Source: Octopus sinensis (lineage: Eukaryota). From it: a stretch of 64,000 nt of DNA. This document shows, one piece after another, positions 22,070 through 34,040 of the stretch. Within the stretch, counting starts at the first letter, position 1. Each line of letters opens with the position of its first letter. Below the pieces are notes generated by a model. The model saw only the letters and a list, made by a program, of their open reading frames with translations. It did not search any database and was not told where the DNA came from. The stretch is taken from positions 10,968-74,967 of the forward strand of contig NW_021834150.1 of assembly GCF_006345805.1 (NCBI RefSeq), in the 5' to 3' direction. Made by a program: the position numbers and the translations under genes.

Positions 22070-23331
22070 CTTTAGAACAGGGCTGGCCAACCCAAGGCCC
22101 GCGGGCCGCATGCGGCCCGCGATGGAGTTTGGTGCGGCCCGCGAGAGAAATTTTGTATGTAGTTAACCTATAAATACATTCAAGATAAATTTTTCTTAAG
22201 TTTAATAAATAAAGATAAATTTTATAAGTTTAATAAATTTTAAAGTTTATCTATTTTTGTAGCTGTTATCAATATGAAGAAAAGGAAAATTTTTGAGCGA
22301 ATTTAGAGACCCTTGCTGGATTGACAACAGATGGGGCGCCGGCTATGATTGGAAGAAATAAAGGAGTTGTAAAGCTAATAATGGATGAGATGGAGTCAAG
22401 AAGCATAAAAAATGATTTATTTGTAATACACTGCTTGATACATCAACACAATTTGTGCGCGCAAGTGTTGTCTATGAACCATGTTATGAGTGTGGTTGTA
22501 AGAACTATAAACTTCATTCGTTCTCATGCACTTCAACATCGCCAGTTTAAAGAATTATTGAACGAGTTATATTCTCACTATGGTGATCTTGTGTATTTTT
22601 CCAATGTCAGATGGCTGAGTCGCGGAAAATGTTTAAAACGTTTTTTCGACTTGAGAGAAGAAATCAAAAGTTTTATGATGCATAAGAAAATGACATTAAC
22701 TGAATTAAATGATGAAGAATGGATGCTAGATCTGTGCTTTTTGGTAGATATAACCGAAAAAATTAATCAATTAAACAAGGAGTTACAAGGACAGGATAAT
22801 TTGATTACTAATGCATGCCATCAAGTCAAAGCATTTCGAATGAAATTGTCATTGTTTGAATGTCAAACAAGAAATGGAAATGATCAACATTTTCCAACGC
22901 TAAATCAATTTAAAATCAGCCATTGTAAAATTTCTTCAAGTACGCTGATGAAATAAAAAATCTTGCTGCAGCATTTGACAGTCGATTCTCGGAACAAAAA
23001 AAATATGAGAAAATGTTTGAAACATTTTCTTCTCCATTTCATGTTGACGTTTCTATTGTTTCAAATACTTTGCAGACGGAAATAATTGACCTACAGTGCA
23101 ACAGTGAACTAAGACTTGTTTATCCTACTATATCCAAAATTGACTTTTATAACAAATATGTGACTGCAGAAAAATATCCCAACTTAAGAATTTTTGCACA
23201 AAGAGTTGTAAGCTCCTTTGGATCTACTTACGTATGTGAATCATTCTTTTCGAAATTAAAGTTTAGTAAAAGTAGATATAGATCTTCTTTAACAGATAAA
23301 AACTTAGAAAACCAATTAAGATGTGCAACTA

Positions 23332-25092
23332 TACCATTTTCAGTTCAAGTTTGACATTTTTTATACCAATTTTGAAAATGCGACGTTCAATTTTGACATT
23401 TTTTAGATCAATTTTAACAATGCAACATTCAATTTTGACAATGCAATAAGCAATATTGACATTTTTTACGTCGGTTTTGACAATGTGATATTCAATTTTG
23501 ACATTTTTTAGATCAATTTTGACAATGCAACATTCAATTTTGACAATGCAATAAGCAATATTGACATTTTTTACATCGGTTTTGACAATGCGACATTCAA
23601 TTCTGACATTTTTTAGATCAATTTTGACAAATATTTTTATAACGGACACACATAAGGACTTTTCTATGCGGCTAAATCAAGATGAGAGTTAATAAAGACA
23701 ATTTATTAATCAGGTCAGGTTAATGGAATCCCAATCGTACAATTCGCAATAATTTTTTCTGCATTTCTGTAAAAATTCCGTATTTTCTCGCGAGTTAGAT
23801 TTGTCATAGAATATTCTAAGGCATTTTGTAATAATAGTGCTCGAAATTCCGTCAGCGTTCCATTTCCTGCTGCATGAACATCGTTATGAGGATTATTGTG
23901 ATTGGATAAATATGTCTTAATCCCAGCCTTGATAATCGAAAAACAGCCTTCGCATGGATTTAGCTGCGGAGAATATGGTGCATCAAATCTTCGAATTGTA
24001 TGTTCTACTCTCATGCCTTCAAAATTTCCTTGTTTTTTATGGATTGGAGCATTATCCATATAAATAATAATTTCCTCTCCAGCTAAACTGTCCGATAATG
24101 CCGTCATAAAATTGCAAAATTTCGATTTTATAGATCCAATGTGTGATTCAAATCTCACAATTGTTCCATTGTCATCAATTGCCAAAATAACGTTAAGATT
24201 CACTCCTTTGCTCGCCCTTACTGGAACTATCGCACGTGATCCTGTAAAGGATCGGCCGAATTTTTTTAACGTAAAAAGATTAAAATTTGTTTCGTCCAAA
24301 TGTATTTTTCTATTTGTATTACGTTGATAATCCAATGAAAATATTTTTCTTTTTTCTATATTTTCCGGACTATTCCTAGAAATTGGTTCTCTTCGCAGCA
24401 TTTTGTAGGTAATCAATCGCCCATCAAGTCGGTTATATATTGTCGCAATACAAACTTTATTATTTACCAATTTTCGTAATTCCTTCAATGTTATCGATGG
24501 ATTATTCTCAATTGTTTCAATTATCAAATTCATATCATCATCCGTAAGTTTTATCGTAGCATCCCTTCTACCTCCACGTTTACAAAGATACGGATTTCCA
24601 CTTTTTACAATAGCTATAGCTGTTGTCCTCTTGACACCAAGATCGCGAGCAAGCTGTATATAATCACCGCCCTCTTCATCCTTATTTATAAGTGCTCTTC
24701 TTGTAGCTTCTGACACTCTTGAATTTTTTCTTGACATAAAATTCGTACAGGGACGGCGAATCAGAAAATATAAAATAAATGACAAATCGGCAAAAGTCAA
24801 AATTGATGTAAAAAGTGTCAAAACTGAATGTCGCATTGTCAAATTTGAATATCGCATTGTCAAAACCGATGTATAAAATGTCAATATTGCTTATTGCATT
24901 GTCAAAATTGAATGTTGCATTGTCAAAATTGATGCAAAAAATGTCAATATTGCTTATTGCATTGTCAAAATTGAATATTGCATTGTCAAAATTGATGCAA
25001 AAAGTGTCAAAATTGAATGTCGCATTGTCAAATTTGAATATCGCATTGTCAAAATTGGTGCAAAAAATGTCAAACTTGAACTGAAAATGGTA
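23332..25092 (-). mobile_element. IS630/Tc1-superfamily DD34E transposon, apparently intact
   Basis: TIR TACCATTTTCAGTTCAAGTTTGACA, about 300 bp of TTTTGACAATGC-type subrepeats at each end, and a TA TSD. Confidence 0.93.
23715..24737 (-). CDS. IS630-like DD34E transposase, 340 aa (probable start MSRKNS at 24737)
   Basis: Uninterrupted ORF with an N-terminal HTH region, HLDETNF, YMDNAPIH, and PYSPQLNPCE with 34 residues between the second D and E. Confidence 0.9.
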   Translation of the reverse strand: MSRKNSRVSEATRRALINKDEEGGDYIQLARDLGVKRTTAIAIVKSGNPYLCKRGGRRDATIKLTDDDMNLIIETIENNPSITLKELRKLVNNKVCIATIYNRLDGRLITYKMLRREPISRNSPENIEKRKIFSLDYQRNTNRKIHLDETNFNLFTLKKFGRSFTGSRAIVPVRASKGVNLNVILAIDDNGTIVRFESHIGSIKSKFCNFMTALSDSLAGEEIIIYMDNAPIHKKQGNFEGMRVEHTIRRFDAPYSPQLNPCEGCFSIIKAGIKTYLSNHNNPHNDVHAAGNGTLTEFRALLLQNALEYSMTNLTREKIRNFYRNAEKIIANCTIGIPLT

Positions 25093-25759
25093 TAGTAATT
25101 GTGAAGTTGATTTGAAAAAATTAAGTGAAGATAAAGAAAAACAGATTTCTCATTGATACGTATAATTGGACTGAATGCTATTTTACTAAATAAAATCTTA
25201 TCTGTGTTGTTTTGATATCTATCCTTAGTATGTACATGTATATGCGGCCCGCGGAAAGGATTCATTTGGACAAAGTGGCCCGCGATGCGATTTGGGTTGG
25301 CCAGGCCTGCTTTAGAATGTACAATCATACACAACGAGATGTGAATAGTTTTGATTCATTGTTCAAAATTAAACAAAGTAAAGATTCGTTGGCCTGGAGT
25401 TGCTACTGAACGTTATTTAACTTAAAATACTTTAATTTCTGGCAAATATGTTTGCTGAGGAGCACACTTTTTGAGAATCCGGCCACATACAATTGACATA
25501 TAGTTTTATTTTAAAGTCCCCATCCGTGTCTATAAAATTAAGTTAGCGATGAATAAATTTTACAACTTTCTGGTTCCTTTTTATGATTCTATGGGAGTTG
25601 GCTGCTAGGACGAATCCTCTCCTCGAACGAATGCACATGATTGTTGTTCTAAGCACGTCCATCTTGTATCAATGAAAATTGAAATTATTTTCACTGTCCT
25701 TTTAAATGTTTATTTGATTTTTACAAGAAACCTTCTGAACTTAGACCCCATAAAGAGTC

Positions 25760-27459
25760 TGTACGCCCAGAAAACTGTTGCTCACATGAATATTTTAAAG
25801 TCAAAAGAACAAAATTTGATTCACAACCAAGCTTGAATGGTTTAATAAATCCCAAGATAAACCGAAATTAGAAGCATCCTATGCCGTACTTTTAATTGGT
25901 ATCTAAACAAATAGGTCTCAATGATTATTGCAAAAAACAAAGCTGCACATAATACTGCGGAAATGTTAATTAAACCAACGGTTCTTGAAATTGCTCGAAT
26001 TTTATTTGGTCCATATACAGTTATCAAGCTTAAGGATATACCTTTATCCAACGATTCAATTTCCCGTAGAATTTCAGAATTTTCATGTGATATCCTGGAG
26101 GAATTAATTAAACGAATCAATAAAAGTAAATGCAGTGGTGTCTTATCTTCGCTTTGTTGATGATGTGAATATCATTTATGAGTTTTTATTTTTTTGGAGA
26201 TGAATGTACACACTTGTGGAGAGTACATCTTTAATCTTTTTGACAATTTTATGAAGACAAATAAAATCCAATGGAGTAAATTTGAATCTATATGTACTGG
26301 TGCACCTGCGATATCATCAATCTGGACTTGTTACTCGTATGAAGAATTTGGCTCCTGATATTGTTACAAGACATTGTGCATTGCACAAATATGCACTTTT
26401 TTCAAAAACTATGTGTTCGTTGTTAAGATTAACACTAAACATTATTGTGAAAGTGATAAACTATATTCGATCTCGTACACAGAATCATCGAATTTTTTAA
26501 ACTCTGTGAAAAGTTGGGAACTGATTATTCCATACTACTTTATCATTCCGAAATCAGGTGGCTTTCAAAAGGGAAAATTCTTTCGAAAATTGATGAACTT
26601 TCTCTTGCAATATCTTTGTTTTTACACGATAATATGCAGCATGATTGGGCCGATCAATTTATTTTTAAATCGAAAATGTATTATCTTGCCGATTTTTAAA
26701 CATTCTCAATGAGTTCAATTTGTAAATGCAGGGTAACATTTTTATTAATTTATTTAAAGGTCTTTATATCAATTGTAGAGGTTAATCAAATAATAATGGC
26801 TTTTAAGAAGGAGTTATTAATATTGATAATGAAATTAAAAACAGGAATAACATCAATGTTTCCAATGCTTGAATATCATCTCGGATACAATCCACCTGAT
26901 AATTTTCTTCTAAGTCTGATAATCAAACACCTGGAAATCTCAAGACAAAATTTGATGATTACTTTCCAGTTGAAGATTCAATTCCAAACTGGATCGTTCA
27001 ACCTTTCTTGACTTTATTTAAAGAATATAAAAAACTCAATTTTTAGAAGAGCTTGATTCAACTTCAATGTAATCAGTCTGCTCATATTATTTTCAAATTT
27101 TAGGTGTCAGATTGTGCAAGTATTCCCCATTTTGAGTAAAACTGCATTGGAATCAATACTTGCATTCCAAACTACTTATCACTGTGAAATGGCGATGTCG
27201 TGCCTGACTTTTCTAAAAACAAAGTAGGCTACGGGTACAAAATGATATGCAAGTAGCTTAATCGAACATAGAGCCTAACATAAGTAAAATTATTCTGGAC
27301 AAACAAGATCAGAATTACTGTTAAATTGTCTGTTATTTTGATAATTTTTATATAATAAATAGTCGAACATGTATTTGAAGAAGTCAAAAACTATGCGCTA
27401 GTAGCAAAAAAATATTTTATTTAAGGTGGTCCCCAGTCTAAAAAAGGTTAAGAACCGCT
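25760..27459 (+). mobile_element. hAT (Buster/ZBED5-like) decayed element with mini-introns
   Basis: EASYA/VSMIIAKNK..LIKP, IPLSNDSISRRI, HCALHKYAL, EIRWLSKG, YYLADF, TTYHCE. The right TIR reads GGTTAAGAACCGCTG, followed by CTCTAG. The left end was not found. Confidence 0.85.
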
Positions 27460-27949
27460 GCTCTAGTTATTTTTTGTTATTTTTTTTCTAAAAAAATAAG
27501 CGTAAAAAATTAAAAAAAATAAACAACAAAGAAAATGCTTATCTTTTTTTATCTAAAAAAGTAAAAGACTTATTTTTACATGATAATTCATATTTGTGTT
27601 ATGATGAGATATTGGTGAGTATATCAGTGTTTACTATGGCACTGATTATATCAATTTTTACCAATAAAAAGAAACTAATTAATTGCCTAACCAAGTCCTG
27701 AGCTTTCGAAGTGGACAAAGAGTCGTTCTCCACACTATATATCAAAAAAGGACTGGATCTGTAGACATCCGTGAGGATGCAGTTTTTTCCGGACTAAATT
27801 TCAGAATCCGGAAAGCTGTATTGATGATTTGGGGGCTAATACTGATCGGCACAGACAGTTCCTTCTATCCCTCTTCTTCATTCAATTAATTAGTTGTGAT
27901 TGTTTGTGCTGGGTTTGCTATGCAATCTTGGGCGTTAAAAATAAAAAAA

Positions 27950-28090
27950 TAAAATTTAAGTTTTCCAATTTGAAAAAATAATAAGTATTATAGATCAAAT
28001 ATATATTTCAAAAGTGGTTTTGCTTAAAATTACTAAAGGTGAACTTGTTGAAATCAACAAAAATCAATTAGACTATACTTTATAATTAAT
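27950..28090 (+). repeat. 5' piece of the Ginger2-like family
   Basis: Closely similar DNA to 10310-10420 (TAAGTTTTCCAATTTGAAAAAATAATAAGTAT..). Confidence 0.7.
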
Positions 28091-28099
28091 TAGAATTAA

Positions 28100-28440
28100 A
28101 AAAATAATTGATATATAAACACGCAATTTATAAAAAAGTTAAACTAATGTATGTAAAGCAGAAGAACTGATGGCGATCCAGTTTCCCCTCACTATTGCTT
28201 GGGACACGTTCTGGAGGAGCCATCTCGTCTCCAGAGGATTGTGCGTTCTCAGGGTCTTGAGACGTCCAATACACATGAGGAAGCGCAACGACTCCTTCCC
28301 AATCGATCCCAGGGTCTCGACAGCAACCGGCCGGAAAACGAAACGATCGTTGAGCCCCTCATATTTCCTCTTCTTGATGTCCTCTGCTCTATCCGCAGCA
28401 CGCAATTATACCAGCGTGTTTGCACGTTTATTATTATTTG
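28100..28440 (-). mobile_element. CRE-like 3' fragment (another family)
   Basis: KKRKYEGLNDRFVFRPVAVETLGSIG..AIVRGN. Confidence 0.85.
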
Positions 28441-28760
28441 TTTTCTTGTGATGCACTAGAAAATTTTGTATTTATACAAATTAAATTTGCTACACAATAT
28501 TTTCATTATCATGAACGTTTTTACATTCTATTTATCTATTTTCTGTTTATTTTCACTATTCATTATTGTTGTGTTTGTTGGCTCTTCGAATCTTCTCTTA
28601 TACCAAAGGAGTCGACTTGAAGGCATCAATAAATGCTGATAAACACTATTAACAGTGATTAGTACATCTTTTGATTTGGTTTTTATATAAAGACAGTATT
28701 ATTGTATACAATCTGTTGATTTTAATTTTCTTTATACCCTTTAATTTGATCTTTCTTTTA

Positions 28761-30947
28761 CAGTATACTCCAAAAATATTACACCCCTTGACTTTTTGAC
28801 AAAAAATCAATTTTCGATACTAATAATTAATTACTTAAACTATTTTTATGCAATTTAGTTCTTATTAAAGTTGATTTACTAATTTTTATTTTTTTAAAAC
28901 CAAAAATCAATTTAAAACCGCCTCATAAATAGTACACCATTTAAAAAGTCAGTATTTGGTGTGCCTTTCTTTATTTTTGATGACTGCTTTTAGTCTCGAG
29001 GTCATTGATTCCACCAATTTGATACATATTTCCTTTGGAATTTTTTTCCATTCTTCAACAATTAAATTTTCTAGATTTTTTTATTTGTGACGTCAAATGC
29101 TTCAATTTTTCTTTTTAAATATCACCACAGGTGTTCAATTTGATTTAAATCCATTTGCAAGATTTTTTTTCTGTCAAAAAACTTTTAGTCTTTGTTGCAG
29201 TATGCTTCGGATCGTTATCTTGTTGGAAAATCCGATTTTCTGAATGATCGTTGATAAAGGGAATCATTTTTTCCTCAACTATATTAATGTACATGTCTGC
29301 ATTCATAATCCCATTTATGATATAACGTTCATCAGGTCCTTGCGAGCTCATAGATCCCCATATCTTTATGTTTCATTGTAGGTACTATGCATTTTGGATT
29401 TAGTGCATCGCCATTTTTGCGCCACACATGCTGAATTCCATCTGATCCGAACAAATTGATTTTGTTCTCATCTGACTGCAGAATTTTATTCCAAAAATCC
29501 ATGCTTTTGTTTACATATTTTTTTGCAAATCGTAAACCGTTTCTTTTGTGACTTTTTGACAATAATGGTTTTCTTCGAGGTACTCGGCCATATAAATTGC
29601 ATTCATGTAGTGTCCTTTTTATTGTAGATTTTGATATTTGAATATCAGAATAAGATTCCAATTGTTTGCAGATGAAGAGATTCTTGGATTTTTTAAGCAA
29701 AACGTCTGATCAGACGGATAGATCTGATAGATAACTTCTTCGGTCTCCCTCTTTCTCCATTTAAAATGCCGTTTATTCCGTTTTTTTTCGGTATTTTTGT
29801 ACAATCTTAGCAACTGTATTCTTGCTAATCTCAAGTTTCTTGGCAAGTTGTCCTCGTGTATGAAAATAATACGATTTTTAATATCTGAAGAGAGATCAAC
29901 ACCACGAAAGTTTATGTTAATTATTTTGAACTTTTTAAAGTAATTAATTAGCTTAATCTCTTTTTGGGCCCATAATCCAGTGACCGTATGGGTGTGTTCT
30001 CGTCGAACACACTCCACATTCTGAGGCTGCCCTTGGTTGACATTCCGTGTCAGTTTTCTCCTCACTAGGTATCGATATACCATGTCTCTCTTCAGCCTGC
30101 ATGCTCTCCAATGTCTTCCTCAGAACCACTGTCTGAACTTGAGGACATCAAGATGACCCTTGAAAAATCTTGAGACAATTCCATCCCAGGTAATTACAAC
30201 AGGGATTACTTTCACTTTTGCGCGATGAATTGCTTCAAGTTCATTTGCCAATAAGTCATATTTGTTGAACTTCTCAACTTCGACCTGCTTGAGGCAATTT
30301 TGCGAATTAATCCCAACTTCGATAAGAGTAATTGTATTCCTCATTTTGTCATGAACAAATATATCAGATTTGTTATTCGCCACAGCTGTATCCGTACTAA
30401 TCGTAGTATCCACACGAATCTCCACAAATTCATTGCTAACAACAGATTGAACTGAGTGTGTTTTTAGTTTCTTAGTTTTCCTTATTCCATATTGACGACA
30501 GAGATGTAAGTGAATACATCTGACTACTTCGTTCTGCCGTCTAAGATATGAGCTATTCAGCATTCTCCCGCACCTAGTTGCAAGGTGATCAACTGTTTTT
30601 CTTGCCGAGTTACAATGCGTGCACTTATTTTCTCCATTATCAACATACATGTTGCGGTCCTGAAGTAGACACAGTCTCCCTTCAGTCATGGGGGAATGAT
30701 TTCCATTAACCAACCATCCAGAAGTAATTATACATATATTTTTTTAATTATACATATATTTAAAAAAATTAATGAATTTCAAATTTGTATAATTAAATTC
30801 ATTTTGATTTTCTACAAAATGAAAAATTCATTAAACTCTAAAATAGATATAATTCACAAAAAAATAATTAAATAAATGTATTATTCTAACAGATATAAGA
30901 TTTTTTTGACAAATAAACAAGGGGTATAATATTTTTGGACCATACTG
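28761..30947 (-). mobile_element. Tc1 transposon (decayed) with a nested R4-like fragment
   Basis: TIR CAGTAT..TCCAAAAATATTA.ACCCC with a TA TSD. Frameshifted transposase at about 28940-29915 with GRVPRRKPLL, SDENKINLFGSDG, FQQDNDPKHT. Confidence 0.9.
29945..30725 (-). mobile_element. R4-like retrotransposon 3' fragment (CCHC plus REL)
   Basis: CTHC..TVDHLATRC, YLRRQNEVVRCIH, KSDI, IEVG, KYDLLANEL, VITWDG. Confidence 0.88.
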
Positions 30948-31790
30948 TATATACCGTCCAAGCTAAATTATTTAATACTAGCTCGGCAGCTCGCTTCGCT
31001 CACCGCGACCTAGCTCCTGCGGAGGGCCTGTTTCATCAAACAACTATAAGTTTATGTAGATGTATAAAACTACCTGGTTTAATGTAACCCTATTCTATCG
31101 CCTTTTGATAAACGATGTTTGTCGTCCGTCCTTCCTTGGCATATATGAATAAATTTTCTCTTCTGCCTACCCTCGAGCATCCCACATACAGCTGTCCATG
31201 TGAAAAGCACTCACTCTCTAAAAATAACCCAACTACCTTTAATGACTGTCCCTGGGCCTTGTTTATTGTCATTGCAAAACTCATCCTCAAAGGAAATTGC
31301 AGCCTTTTAAATCTAAATGGTAATTCATCAGAAATTATCGGAATTCGTGGAATATAAACATCCTCACCTCTATACTTACCTGTTAATATCGTCGCCTCTA
31401 TTACGTTAGCCATCAAATTTTTGATAACTAACCTCGTTCCGTTGCATAATTTAGGTGGCGCAAGATTTTGTAGTAAAACCACTGGAACGCCTATCTTTAA
31501 CTTTAAGAGATGATTCGGCATTCCAGCCGGAGATTTAGCTTAGTGACCTTGATTAGACAAACCACTGGCGGAAATGGGGCAGCCGGAGATGCGGCAGGCA
31601 GAGTAGCAGCAGCCAAAAAAGCGACACACAAAAAAGATTTAATTAATTACCTTAAGCTGACCGTTTTTTCTTCAGCTTCGTTTTTCCTCCTTCGGTTATC
31701 TATTTAAAAAATTATTTTTGAATAATAAAAAAGTTTAGGAAAAGAGGCATACCAAAAATAAATTCTATCTTTACGAAAAACTTAACTAAA

Positions 31791-34040
31791 TCTTAATAAT
31801 AAAATGGTATGGTGTGTGTCTGTCTGTCTGTCTGTCTGTGTGTGCACACCAACTTCAAATTGGCAATACGATGTCCTCGACTTACATGATGAAGTCCTTA
31901 AAACCTTCCCCCCAAAAAAAATTAAAAAAAAATTTTCTGCATTTTGGTTAAAATGAACAACTACAAGTCCTCGACTTAATGATGAAGTCCTTAAAACCTT
32001 CCCCCCCAAACAAATTAAAAAAAAATTTTCTGCATTTTGGTTAAAATGAACAACTACAATGTCCTCGACTTACATGATGAAGTCCTTAAAACCTTCCCCC
32101 CAAAAAAAATTAAAAAAAATTTTCTGCATTTTGGTTAAAATGAACAACTACAATGTCCTCGACTTACATGATGAAGTCCTTAAAACCTTCCCCCCAAAAA
32201 AAATAAAAAAAATTTTCTGCATTTTGGTTAAAATGAACAACTACAATGTCCTCGACTTACATGATGAAGTCCTTAAAATCTTCCCCCCCAAAAAAATTAA
32301 AAAAAAATTTTCTGCATTTTGGTTAAAATGAACAACTACAATGTCCTCGACTTACATGATGAAGTCCTTAAAACATTCCCCCCCAAAAAAAATTAAAAAA
32401 AAATTTTCTGCATTTTGGTTAAAATGAACAATTACAATGTCCTCGACTTACATGATGAAGTCCTTAAAACCTTCCCCCCAAAAAAAATTAAAAAAATTTT
32501 CTGCATTTTGGTTAAAATGAACAACTACAATGTCCTCAACTTACATGATGAAGTCCTTAAAACCTTCCCCCCAAAAAAAATAAAAAAAAATTTTCTGCAT
32601 TTTGGTTAAAATGAACAACTACAATGTCCTCGACTTACATGATGAAGTCCTTAAAATCTTCCCCCCCAAAAAAAATTAAAAAAAAATTTTCTGCATTTTG
32701 GTTAAAATGAACAACTACAATGTCCTCGACTTACATGATGAAGTCCTTAAAATCTTCCCCCACAAAAAAAATTAAAAAAAAATTTTCTGCATTTTGGTTA
32801 AAATGAACAACTACAATGTCCTCGACTTACATGATGAGTCCTTAAACCTTTCCCCAAAAAATCAAAAAATTATTTTCTGCATTTTGATTAAAATGAACAA
32901 CGCGAATGTCCTCGACATTCATGATGAGGTCCATTAAAACCTTCAAGGCAAAAATCTCACGTATTAAGAATATCCTTGATGAAAACGACAGCGAGTATAT
33001 TAACAATGATGAACTCCCAATTATTCGCGATAAAGAAATTCAATTCATCCTATGTTTTTCTCTTTAAAATTAAATGCATATATCATTATCGACCATGAAT
33101 CAAAATTAAAGCTATTATCATATTTGACTTTGACAGAATGTGCAATCACAGATTGCACGACTTTGAATAGAGTGTGCAATTAACAGATTTTGAAAAACCA
33201 CTTTGATAGTTGAAACCACATTAGCACAATCATTAACACAATTTACCACCAATTGACGCACGACCTTGAATAGAGTGTGCAATTAACAGATTTTGAAAAA
33301 CACTTTGATAGTTGAAACCACATTAGCACAACCATTAACACAATTTACCACCAATTGACAGCGCAATCAGAAGAATTTGCGTAAAAATATTAACTATTTA
33401 CTTGAGTTTTTCGTAAAGATAGAATTTATTTTCGGTATGCCTCTTTTCCTAAACTTTTTTATTATTCAAAAATAATTTTTTAAATAGATAACCGAAGGAG
33501 GAAAAACGAAGCTGAAGAAAAAACGGTCAGCTTAATAAGGTAATTAATTAAATCTTTTTTGTGTGTCGCTTTTTTGTGTGTCGCTTTCTTGCCTGCCGAA
33601 TTTCCGCCTGCCGCATCTCCCCCTGCCCCATTTCCGCCAGTAAAAAACAAAAAAATAAAAAAAGAAAAAAAAGGAAATTACAAAGGAAAAATGAAAAAAT
33701 TAAATATAAAAAAAATAAACCACAAAAAATGAAAAAAAGTTTGCAATGACAATAAACAAGGCCCAGGGACAGTCATTAAAGGTAGTTGGGTTATTTTTAG
33801 AGACTGAGTGCTTTTCACATGGACAGCTGTATGTGGGATGCTCGAGGGTAGGCAGAAGAGAAAATTTATTCATATATGCCAAGGAAGGACGGACGACAAA
33901 CATCGTTTATCAACAGGCGATAGAATAGGGTTACATTAAACCAGGTAGTTTTATACATCTACATAAACTTATAGTTGTTTGATGAAACAGGCCCTCCGCA
34001 GGAGCTAGGTCGCGGTGAGCGAAGCGAGCTGCCGAGCTAG
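31791..34040 (+). mobile_element. Non-autonomous Helitron H2 nested in H1
   Basis: A|TCTTAATAAT at 31791 and GAGCTAG|T at 34040. Its flanks rejoin to AACTAAATAGTTAATA, seen intact at about 57690. Confidence 0.92.
31870..32930 (+). repeat. About 65-bp tandem array inside H2 (about 16 units)
   Basis: Unit GTCCTCGACTTACATGATGA(A/G)GTCCTTAAAACCTTC(n)A(n)TTA(n)TTTTCTGCATTTTGGTTAAAATGAACAACTAC(A/G)AT. No spacers. Confidence 0.95.

Larger units (their letters stand above)
22078..25309 (+). mobile_element. hAT (SPIN/GTF2IRD2-like) deletion derivative interrupted by an IS630-like element
   Basis: TIR CAGG(G/C)CTGGCCAACCCAA and a perfect 8-bp TSD CTTTAGAA (22070-77, 25310-17). ORF motifs TTDGAPAM, HCLIH, VRWLSRG, FGSTYVCESFFS. 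The C-terminus RCATSNCEVD..QISH* is restored on removing the nested element. Confidence 0.92.

Noticed and set aside
23329-23649. ORFs made of VKIE/LTMR repeats (also 19773-20012, 24815-25084 and the first 49 residues of 23715-24884)
   Set aside because: Translations of the modular subterminal repeats.
23715-24737. Bacterial IS630 contamination
   Set aside because: The element is integrated with a TA duplication inside a eukaryotic hAT ORF, and a second decayed copy is present.
20175-27459. One giant hAT bounded by CAGCGGTTCTT at 20175 and its inverse at 27459
   Set aside because: Both are 3' termini of two oppositely oriented Buster-like elements. The first has its own 5' end and TSD at 22069, and the outer 8-mers match at only 6/8.
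27683-27889. APE endonuclease relic on the minus strand
   Set aside because: Only a vague resemblance, with several stops and no diagnostic motif.
32059-32609. Repeat-protein ORFs (MNNYNVLDLHDEVLK..), also at 52044-52564, 58357-59592 and 61412
   Set aside because: They are translations of the satellite, and frames change with homopolymer length.
31870-32930. CRISPR array
   Set aside because: The units are head-to-tail with no unique spacers, vary only in homopolymers, lie inside Helitrons, and there are no cas genes. The context is eukaryotic.
31870-32930. Box C/D snoRNA cluster (ATGATGA in each unit)
   Set aside because: No matching CTGA D box and no terminal stem.
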